Positions 56,922 through 64,000 of a DNA stretch of 64,000 nt are shown here, piece after piece. A program made the translations under genes and the position numbers. The DNA is from a phage. The notes under the pieces were generated by a model. That model did not search any database, had not been told where the DNA came from, and saw only the letters and a program-made list of their open reading frames with translations. Within the stretch, counting starts at the first letter, position 1. Each line of letters begins with the position of its first letter. The DNA is taken from sequence record OZ346158.1. The stretch is one strand, 5' to 3'.

Positions 56922-57387
56922 CTGCCTTCTTAAAGATCTCCAGCATCTTGTCTATACTTTCTGCTCGCTGATTGTACAGCTTTCCAGCCCCTGGCGGTGG
57001 TGGGAAGCTTGCCCAGCGGCTGCGGCATTTATAAATGGCCTGATGAATACGCCCTTCATCAATGTCGGCGAGAGCCTTGCACTCACGGATCAGTTGCAAC
57101 GCAATCTTGTCCTGACTGTCAGGGCCAAAATCTGGTAATCCTAACTGTTTCATGTAGTGTTTAGCAAACTTCTCCAAAACCTGGTAACGCCCAGCAGCGG
57201 AGGAGGTAAGTTTAGCATTTAGCTTAACGTAAACACCGGGATGCTTGCTGTAATCGCTGAACAGCTTGCCTCCGACTATGACATCGTACCCCCGATCCTT
57301 GGTAGGTTGTCTACCATTATCTGTGCCTTCCGAATATGCGATCATATCCAAGAAAGCTTTTCGTTGAACATTTTTATCAAGTTTCAT
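56899..57387 (-). CDS. endolysin (lambda R-type lytic transglycosylase)
   Basis: QRKAFLDMIAYSEGTDNGRQPTKDRGYDVIVGG...FSDYSKHP nearly collinear with lambda R (QRKAFLDMLAWSEGTDNGRQKTRNHGYDVIVGG) as recalled. Confidence 0.85.
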   Translation of the reverse strand: MKLDKNVQRKAFLDMIAYSEGTDNGRQPTKDRGYDVIVGGKLFSDYSKHPGVYVKLNAKLTSSAAGRYQVLEKFAKHYMKQLGLPDFGPDSQDKIALQLIRECKALADIDEGRIHQAIYKCRSRWASFPPPPGAGKLYNQRAESIDKMLEIFKKAGGVVTDE

Positions 57388-57511
57388 TTTTCATACTCTC
57401 CAGTTTACTCATAACTAACCCGATCAACAACACTGCATAGTGTGGTTATGTAGGTGCCAATTGAAAAACCATCATTCAATTGGCTACCGTTACCTACTGA
57501 ACCTCCCTACA

Positions 57512-58795
57512 TCATTCCAGCACCTCCCAAGTGTCTGGGTTAACATTTCGGACGCAGATACCGACAGGGAATTGGTAGTTGTTGTCTTCTGTCCTTGCTT
57601 GATATTTGAAGGTGACAAACTTGCCGATCATTTCCTGCATCCTGTCATAGCTACGCTCCTCGTGCGTGCCTTTCATCTTCATTTTAACAATAACACCTTC
57701 CTTGTCAACACAGATAAGAACACCTTCATCATTCTTATCTTTCTCAACGTCAATAACTTTCACCTCTGCGTCGTTGAACTTTTTCCATTTCAATGCTTCA
57801 GATGTTCGCTGACCGTACTCGTATTTACCGCAGAAATTACGCATGATAGTACCTTCATATCCTTCGGACATGAATATACCAACAGATTCTTCGCAATGAT
57901 CAACTGTGTACGCAAGCTCTGCGTCAACAACCTTGATATGGTCAAGCATCAGAGTGGTAACGGTATCCTCTGCATCCATAAGATCCTTGCAGCGTCCAGA
58001 CTCTGTTTCTGGATCCCACCACACCTTGTCGCTAGGAATATCAAAAATGTGATACTCCAGATCGTAGCTACAGTACCCACCGTAACGCAAATCATCACGA
58101 ACAGGCTCAACATCGACAGGAATATCTACCTTGTTGAAGTTTTTGTATGTTGATAAGCCTGCCTTAATTGCTGCATGACGGCGTTTTTTATCTGCCTCAT
58201 AGTCTTTATCGATCTCGGCCTGAATCTCTTCCTGTGTGCGCCACCGTTTAGCAAGAGACACTATTTTCTGCAAAGGAAGACCATGAATGTATAGTTCCCC
58301 ATCAAGTTGTTTAATCCCAGTGGTAGAATGGAAAGAACGAAGTTGCTCTAAAAGCTTTCCTTGAATAGGGTAGGACTTATTACCACGGGAAATAAATTTA
58401 GGCTCACCATTTTGGAAAACAACAAGCAGACGAAGGCCATCTAACTTACGCAAGATCCAGCAAGGTAATTTAAGTGCCTTGCCACGCTTCAGGTAGTCAT
58501 GCACCAGCATGGGTAAAAGATCAACACCCTGCTCGCAATCTTCCATGTTTTCAACATACCCCAGACGGACTTGTTTTTCCCACTTGCTGATAGCCTCAAG
58601 CTCGGCCTGTTGCTCAGCTGTAGTCTCGTTGGCACGACCTACGTTCTTAGGTGTGCATACCGTCTCTTTGTACTGCAGTTTACCATCAAGCTTGCCAAAC
58701 TCTACGATAACCTTATCACCATCCGTGAATACTTTCCACTGTTGGTAGCTGCCATCTTTATTCAGTGCGTACAGTGTTGTTTTGATCTGATGCAT
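57512..58795 (-). CDS. ATP-dependent DNA ligase
   Basis: Motif I KLDGLR (K-x-DG-x-R), DGELY, EGTIM, KWKKF nucleotidyltransferase motifs. Confidence 0.85.
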   Translation of the reverse strand: MHQIKTTLYALNKDGSYQQWKVFTDGDKVIVEFGKLDGKLQYKETVCTPKNVGRANETTAEQQAELEAISKWEKQVRLGYVENMEDCEQGVDLLPMLVHDYLKRGKALKLPCWILRKLDGLRLLVVFQNGEPKFISRGNKSYPIQGKLLEQLRSFHSTTGIKQLDGELYIHGLPLQKIVSLAKRWRTQEEIQAEIDKDYEADKKRRHAAIKAGLSTYKNFNKVDIPVDVEPVRDDLRYGGYCSYDLEYHIFDIPSDKVWWDPETESGRCKDLMDAEDTVTTLMLDHIKVVDAELAYTVDHCEESVGIFMSEGYEGTIMRNFCGKYEYGQRTSEALKWKKFNDAEVKVIDVEKDKNDEGVLICVDKEGVIVKMKMKGTHEERSYDRMQEMIGKFVTFKYQARTEDNNYQFPVGICVRNVNPDTWEVLE

Positions 58796-59064
58796 TACTC
58801 GGCCTCTTCCTTAAAAATTTTAAACATCTCTTCTTTACTCATTACCAACCAGTCTCCCATAAAGTCAACTAGCCAATCTCCCTGGTACAAGACAAGGTTA
58901 CCAAAAGGCTCGACAAGCTCACACATGCGACGAAGATCTCTGGTCCGAACAGGTGACGATGTAAACACACCTGTATCAATCCACCGTTGCAGATCAGATA
59001 CTGATGAAGAGCTTCCGTCAAACTGATGTGCTTCTACAGGTTTAGCAAGATTAAATAACGGCAT
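58795..59064 (-). CDS. hypothetical protein
   Basis: 89-aa ORF. Confidence 0.5.
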   Translation of the reverse strand: MPLFNLAKPVEAHQFDGSSSSVSDLQRWIDTGVFTSSPVRTRDLRRMCELVEPFGNLVLYQGDWLVDFMGDWLVMSKEEMFKIFKEEAE

Positions 59065-59359
59065 TGCAGTCCTCCTTCTGTAGTAGGTCTTTTATAGGAT
59101 AAACAAGTAAGTGTGGGTCGTAATAACGTATAGTCCTATTCTGCCACACTATGAACTTTATTACAACCAAATTTACAATATCTTTATCACCATGTAGCCC
59201 AACACACACATTTGTCCATATTTTGTGGTTGAAGACCTTGCTATCGATGTAGATTTTAGTGTCAAACTTATCTTCCATTCTACCAATAAGTTTGATCAGC
59301 TCCTTCATCTGGTCGCCAAACACAGCATCTTTTTCAAGATCTCTGGAATGCTTGTACAT
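59051..59359 (-). CDS. hypothetical protein
   Basis: 102-aa ORF. Confidence 0.5.
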   Translation of the reverse strand: MYKHSRDLEKDAVFGDQMKELIKLIGRMEDKFDTKIYIDSKVFNHKIWTNVCVGLHGDKDIVNLVVIKFIVWQNRTIRYYDPHLLVYPIKDLLQKEDCNAVI

Positions 59360-59421
59360 AACTGACTACCTCACTGCATACTTTCCATAATAAGTAAAGC
59401 CGGGTAATCCCGGCTATGTTG

Positions 59422-60135
59422 TTAAATATACTCTGTTACATCCTTGAAGCTCGAAGGCTTCATAATCTTACCTTTACTGTCAAGGAATATAATAACTTTA
59501 TTGCCGTTGTAGAACTCCTCTTTAGCAACGAAACCTTCGTAGCGACCACCAAAACGACGCTCAAGATCTTTAATCTCCAACTCGATGAGTTGTTCAGCAG
59601 GCATATCTGCACTGGCACCGTGTGAATGCCGTAGATGGTTGATCCGTGCAAACTTACTGTCATTAGATTTTAGAACCTTCCGCATCATCCCACACACATC
59701 CCCGCTAAGCTGGAACAGCAAAGCTGTTGATAACTCCGCTAGTCGGTAAGCTGACGCTCTTTGCTTGGATGTGTTTTTCGCAGCGATCAGTGTATCATAG
59801 AACTCACCGATCTTGAACTTAAGACCTCGCGGATTATCAAACAGGTTTGACCACTTTTCGTGGTTATCATTAACAAGATAAGCTGCATAACTTGTGACAA
59901 CGTGAAGATCGCAGGCCTCTTTTAGCAGGTGATCTCCACCATCACCTTTCTCCAGCTCTTCCAAAACCTCATTGAACTCTTCCTCAATGAAGCTAAGCTG
60001 TAATTCGAATGGTGTGTATGATTTTTTCACTTTAGCTGCCACACGGTTCCAGTTTTCCACCCAGTTGGCAGACCAAAGGTAGTTTTCAGGCTGGGACAGT
60101 TTTTCCAGGTTGTCGATCAGTTTAGTATTCAGCAT
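59422..60135 (-). CDS. putative MazG-like nucleotide pyrophosphohydrolase
   Basis: EEEFNEVLEELEKGD resembles the MazG E-E-x-x-E metal-binding helix; weak. Confidence 0.35.
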   Translation of the reverse strand: MLNTKLIDNLEKLSQPENYLWSANWVENWNRVAAKVKKSYTPFELQLSFIEEEFNEVLEELEKGDGGDHLLKEACDLHVVTSYAAYLVNDNHEKWSNLFDNPRGLKFKIGEFYDTLIAAKNTSKQRASAYRLAELSTALLFQLSGDVCGMMRKVLKSNDSKFARINHLRHSHGASADMPAEQLIELEIKDLERRFGGRYEGFVAKEEFYNGNKVIIFLDSKGKIMKPSSFKDVTEYI

Positions 60136-60148
60136 TAAAGGTCTCCTT

Positions 60149-60910
60149 TTAAAGTTCCATAAAGTTTTCTACAGTTTCAATAAATGCTTTATCAGAGAAA
60201 GCGTCAACAGCACCGTTAAACCATACAGGGATCCCGCGATCCTCATATTGATAAAGGTCGCTACGTGAAATGCCACTTCCATCTGCACTCTGCGAATCAT
60301 ACTTGTTTACAATCAGCAGTTTTGTGCCTTTACAAGTAGCAGGAAACAATTCCCAGTTAAAATTAATAACTGTGTTAGAACAACCTACCAGGATCACCAT
60401 ATCATTGCTTGTGAGAGATGTCAACAGGTCATACATGTCTGTATACTTAGGAGCAACCTCACCGAAGAACACTACATTGGGCTTAACCCAGGTATACTTG
60501 CCTGTATCTACCTCCGTGTATCCGATATTTTTAATTACATCATTACCTTCAGCATCTTCGTAGGTGATTTCAGGCAAATACCCGTGGACATGTAAAATAT
60601 CTTCATGTTTTACACCAGCACGCTCCAGCAAATCATCTACATTGGTAGTAAGGTTGATCACACGACCAGACCAGCGGGAATACCACTCAGCGATCCGAAG
60701 ATGTGCAAGGTTAGGATCAACACTGCCCAGAGCTACACGACGTGCATTGTAAAAGTCATGCACCTTATAGTAGTTCTTGGCAAAGGTGTGGATGTTGCAC
60801 ACCTCATCGATGCTGAAATTCTCCCACATTGCAGTGCTACCAGATCGGAAAGTGGGAATACCAGATTCAGCGCTCAAACCAGCACCGGAGATAATAATCA
60901 GTCGTCGCAT
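60149..60910 (-). CDS. Sir2-family NAD-dependent deacetylase-like protein
   Basis: ISGAGLSAESGIPTFRSG (Sir2 NAD-binding G-A-G-x-S-x-x-S-G-I-P-x-F-R) and ...HVHGYL. Confidence 0.8.
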   Translation of the reverse strand: MRRLIIISGAGLSAESGIPTFRSGSTAMWENFSIDEVCNIHTFAKNYYKVHDFYNARRVALGSVDPNLAHLRIAEWYSRWSGRVINLTTNVDDLLERAGVKHEDILHVHGYLPEITYEDAEGNDVIKNIGYTEVDTGKYTWVKPNVVFFGEVAPKYTDMYDLLTSLTSNDMVILVGCSNTVINFNWELFPATCKGTKLLIVNKYDSQSADGSGISRSDLYQYEDRGIPVWFNGAVDAFSDKAFIETVENFMEL

Positions 60911-60918
60911 AAGTGTCC

Positions 60919-61269
60919 TCAGTAGATGTTTTGTTTAATCTCTATTCCAAACTTCTTGAATGAGTCAGCAGCAAGCATAAATTTACGAGCTGCCGATGGA
61001 TTAGAAGTATGCACGAAAATAATCACGTTGTCAATAAGTGGTGGCTTTCCGAATACAAGTTTCTCCTCTAGCGCAGAGAAGCAGTCGTACCCTTCAAGCA
61101 CTTCACCTAGATCATTGTCAAAATGCCACTCAGAAACGCGCCTGTAGAGCTTTCTATTATCGTTAATAAAATCCATGAACTCAGAAGAGTTCTTCAGCCA
61201 AAGAGCATCTTGGATTCCGTAATTTGACGGATCTCTCAAGTCATCTAGCCACACAATCAACTTCTTCAT
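60919..61269 (-). CDS. hypothetical protein
   Basis: ORF track 60919..61299; ATG at 61269 overlaps RNA ligase stop (ATGA). Confidence 0.5.
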   Translation of the reverse strand: MKKLIVWLDDLRDPSNYGIQDALWLKNSSEFMDFINDNRKLYRRVSEWHFDNDLGEVLEGYDCFSALEEKLVFGKPPLIDNVIIFVHTSNPSAARKFMLAADSFKKFGIEIKQNIY

Positions 61270-62201
61270 TGCATATAGTCCTCGTTGTGAAAATAGCAAT
61301 CAAGTATCTCACGGCGTTCCTGCTCCAGGAGGCAGTTCCACACATCTTCTGTGTAATTGCTACGAATGAAGTTTACCATGCCATAAAACTCTTCGTCAAT
61401 ACGTTTAAAGATATCATCATCCCAAATCTTCCAAGCTTTACCCCTCATTACGGCCTTCCGTGCCAAATAGTATGGAGACTTGATCTTCAGCTGCAGGTCA
61501 TAAGGGTAGTAAGGCTTACGGATCATATACCCTTCGCCCCTTGTTTCTGCAGCTAATTCTTTTGCATAGCTGAACGGGATTTCACGCAAAGTGTGAGGAC
61601 GTTTTGCACCAAGGTATTTGGCAATCCCATCTAAAGCTGCTTCTGGTAGCATTATTCCAGAATCATTATATCTGCAACCTATCAAATATGCGCCATGGTC
61701 TTCTTGAACAATATGCGGATCTGAAGGGTGACAAATTTCAAACATGAATGTCATGTTTTCATTGCCCATAACCTTCTTGATAAGATCTAAATTACCACAT
61801 TGCTCTTGGATGGTTTCCTTTGCAAGGTTACAATATGGAGAATCAAGAGACCCGGTTGTTGAGAACAATAGGTCACCTTTATGAGATGATACCACACCAA
61901 GGAATCCGTTCTTTTTCTCTACCGCAGTCACAAGCTTATTGTCAGGCAGGTTGGTGGAGTTTTCTCCCAAGTTAAACACTTTTGTGAAGGGCCATGCCAC
62001 AACATTTCCTTCATTACCTACAACAATGCCTCGGCACTCCAGTAAACGAGGGGACAAATGCCATAAATTGTTGTAAAATACTTTTCTAGCATATTTATAG
62101 ATCTTTAACCCGAGATCTGGGTAATACCTACTGGTTACAAGACCTTTGTCAACTAGGTCGTCTGCATTAAAATACTTCATCATACGTTCCTCATTTGTCA
62201 T
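61266..62201 (-). CDS. RNA ligase, T4 Rnl1-like
   Basis: LLECRGIVV / KVFNLGEN / KKNGFLGVV parallel T4 Rnl1 ALECRGIMF / KFFNLNEN / KEDGSLVST (motif I K-x-[DN]-G) as recalled. Confidence 0.75.
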   Translation of the reverse strand: MTNEERMMKYFNADDLVDKGLVTSRYYPDLGLKIYKYARKVFYNNLWHLSPRLLECRGIVVGNEGNVVAWPFTKVFNLGENSTNLPDNKLVTAVEKKNGFLGVVSSHKGDLLFSTTGSLDSPYCNLAKETIQEQCGNLDLIKKVMGNENMTFMFEICHPSDPHIVQEDHGAYLIGCRYNDSGIMLPEAALDGIAKYLGAKRPHTLREIPFSYAKELAAETRGEGYMIRKPYYPYDLQLKIKSPYYLARKAVMRGKAWKIWDDDIFKRIDEEFYGMVNFIRSNYTEDVWNCLLEQERREILDCYFHNEDYMQ

Positions 62202-62244
62202 TTTGTCAGTCTATCCTGCCACACAAATAACCTAGTGTCAACAC

Positions 62245-62273
62245 TTGAAATTAACAAAACAGTTAGATATACT
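62245..62273 (+). promoter_or_regulatory. sigma70-like promoter (TTGAAA-17-TATACT) in divergent intergenic region
   Basis: Upstream of + strand kinase gene; - strand RNA ligase diverges from the same region. Confidence 0.5.
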
Positions 62274-62301
62274 ATCGTTGAAATTAAAACGGAGGGTCAC
62301 T

Positions 62302-62712
62302 ATGTCTAAAATGCTATATATCGTGCGTGGTCTACCAGGGTCTGGCAAATCAACACTGGCAAATGCGCTATCTTTAGAGGGTCTGTATCCACATTTTGAG
62401 AACGACATGTTCTGGTATGACGATGACGGCAATTACAACTGGGATGCAAGTAAAGTAACACTCGCAGCGAAATGGTGCAAAGATAACGTAGAAGATATGA
62501 TGCGTATGGGATACGACCGTATCGTGGTAAGTAATACGTTTACAAAAGAAAAACATGTGCAGGAATATGTTGACATGGCAATCAGTCATGGGTATAGTTA
62601 TACCGTGATCGTGGTTGAAAACCGCCACGGTAATAAAAGCATTCATGATGTTCCAGACAAGGTTGTGGATCGTATGGAACGCCAGCTTAAAAACTGCATT
62701 AAACTTAAATGA
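62302..62712 (+). CDS. P-loop polynucleotide kinase-like protein (AAA_33-type)
   Basis: Walker A GLPGSGKST near N-terminus; ATG 62302 after ggaggg (ORF track 62245..62712); next to RNA ligase and phosphatase. Confidence 0.55.
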   Translation: MSKMLYIVRGLPGSGKSTLANALSLEGLYPHFENDMFWYDDDGNYNWDASKVTLAAKWCKDNVEDMMRMGYDRIVVSNTFTKEKHVQEYVDMAISHGYSYTVIVVENRHGNKSIHDVPDKVVDRMERQLKNCIKLK

Positions 62713-62719
62713 GGAATGT

Positions 62720-63274
62720 ATGAAATACTTTGTAACAAGCGACACACACTTTCTCCACCAGCGGGTCATGGAGTTTGATTCATGTCAAAAACACAGATCT
62801 CAGTATGATCACAATCTTGACAGTATGAATGCGGGAATCATCGCCGAATGGAACTCTGTTGTGTCACCTGCAGACACTGTGTTCCACTTGGGAGATATTG
62901 CGTGCACTAATGATAAGAATATCAACAACTTACTTCCAGATATTCTAAATATGTTGAACGGACATATTATTCTTGTTCGTGGCAACCATGACACACGGAC
63001 GACTGTCAGAATTATGAAAGAGTTCGGTCATGAGGTTGTAGATTATTACGAGCTTCGCCACAACAAGAATTTGATCTGTATGAGCCATTACCAATTTGCA
63101 AAGTGGAACAGAAAGCCTCACGGATCAGTCCAACTGTTCGGTCATGCTCACGGAACCACACAACAGTTGTTTGGCAGGCAGCTTGATGTCGGTTGGGATG
63201 TGTGGGGGAGACTCTTACCATTAGAAGAGGCATACCGTATTGCAATGAGTCTTGCTATTGACAGCGGGGAGTAA
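62720..63274 (+). CDS. calcineurin-like metallophosphoesterase
   Basis: VTSDTHF, GDIACTND, RGNHD, GHAHG metallophosphatase motifs; ATG 62720 (ORF track 62615..63274). Confidence 0.65.
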   Translation: MKYFVTSDTHFLHQRVMEFDSCQKHRSQYDHNLDSMNAGIIAEWNSVVSPADTVFHLGDIACTNDKNINNLLPDILNMLNGHIILVRGNHDTRTTVRIMKEFGHEVVDYYELRHNKNLICMSHYQFAKWNRKPHGSVQLFGHAHGTTQQLFGRQLDVGWDVWGRLLPLEEAYRIAMSLAIDSGE

Positions 63275-63321
63275 TCCCTGCTATTTTAAAGAAAATTGCC
63301 ACACAAGGAGAATCAGGAGAT

Positions 63322-63672
63322 ATGAAAGATGGGGATAAGCTGCTATATCTTAAAGTCCCCCTTGAAATACTGTCTATGTCAAAAGTTTTGAATGACACAA
63401 CTGGGGAGGTTGTTGTTCTTGACTTGTATGACAAGATCGTATACTGCTACCTGCACAACTGGTATAAGCTTGGAGGAAGTTCACGCTTCACACCCAGCAC
63501 AAGGAAAATTGCAGCAGATGTTGGGATAAAGAAAACAAAAGCAGCAGCGTGCGTTAAAACTTTAGAATGTGCAGGAGTGGTTGAAATATCCACACAAGGG
63601 AGAGGTAAAAGATGCACATTTTCCAAAGTTTTGCCACCAGAAGAGGTTATTCGAATGTCAACAACTGGTTAG
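63322..63672 (+). CDS. putative HTH DNA-binding protein
   Basis: STRKIAADVGIKKTKAAACVKTLECAGVV helix-turn-helix-like segment; followed by iterons. Confidence 0.45.
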   Translation: MKDGDKLLYLKVPLEILSMSKVLNDTTGEVVVLDLYDKIVYCYLHNWYKLGGSSRFTPSTRKIAADVGIKKTKAAACVKTLECAGVVEISTQGRGKRCTFSKVLPPEEVIRMSTTG

Positions 63673-63749
63673 ACCAGTAAAAACTTAAATATCTGTACTA
63701 TAAGGATTCGTATGTTTTATGTTCGCTCTGGAACAGAGGTTAGTAACTG

Positions 63750-63830
63750 TCCGTGATACGGACACTACTGTCCGTCACGCGGACACATCTGCCCGTAATA
63801 CGGACACTAACTGTCCGTGATACGGACACA
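63750..63830. repeat. four tandem palindromic iterons (CTGTCCGTGATACGGACAC family) followed by AT-rich tract
   Basis: CTGTCCGTGATACGGACAC at about 63757 and 63808 (exact), variants CTGTCCGTCACGCGGACAC and CTGCCCGTAATACGGACAC between; each has GTCCGT/ACGGAC dyad. Confidence 0.7.
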
Positions 63831-64000
63831 TAAAGAATATAACTAAAATAACTAAATAATAAAAAATAAAAGATCTAGTACTTATGGTACTAAGTACATA
63901 TACTTAACTTATGTAGAATATACTAGATCCTAAGTACCATGTTTTAAATTTATTACTTACTATGGGTAGTGTCGGCCCTTCATTGGCACTCGCCTACGAG

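Noticed and set aside
57440-58153. 237-aa + strand ORF
   Set aside because: It lies entirely antisense to the well-supported DNA ligase gene and has no motif; treated as a shadow ORF.
63750-63830. Possible CRISPR array
   Set aside because: Only four very short palindromic units with no spacers between them; the pattern fits protein-binding iterons, not CRISPR repeats.

Overview
This window reads as one contiguous stretch of a large virulent tailed-phage genome with a Gram-negative (enterobacterial-type) host signature: sigma70-like TTGACA/TATAAT promoters, a lambda R-type endolysin and an E. coli SSB-like DDIPF tail. It has four blocks. (1) 1-16.7 kb, + strand: a T7-like replication module (DNA methyltransferases, gp4-like primase-helicase, family-A DNA polymerase, SSB-like protein) plus small unknown genes. 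The polymerase gene is split by a group I intron carrying an HNH homing endonuclease. (2) 16.7-27.8 kb, + strand: a repeat-rich non-coding zone followed by an early-type region of about 30 small genes, many with their own near-consensus promoter. (3) 28.6-62.2 kb, - strand: a paralogous small-protein family, a ribosome hibernation factor (HPF/RaiA) homolog, N6-adenine methyltransferases, ClpP-like protease, PhoH, a full nucleotide-metabolism island (nrdG, intron-split nrdD, glutaredoxin, nrdB, nrdA, thyX, nucleotidase, dNMP kinase), DnaQ-like exonuclease, Endo VII-like and RuvC-like resolvases, FEN-type exonuclease, endolysin with an adjacent freestanding HNH-AP2 endonuclease, ATP-dependent DNA ligase, Sir2-like protein and Rnl1-type RNA ligase. 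(4) 62.2-64 kb, + strand: a P-loop polynucleotide-kinase-like protein and a metallophosphatase (an RNA-repair cassette together with the ligase), then an HTH protein followed by four tandem palindromic iterons and an AT-rich tract. No tRNA, rRNA or CRISPR array was recognised. Manually derived coordinates (alternative starts, splice sites, motifs) may be off by 1-2 nt; all functional calls rest on remembered motifs, not database searches.
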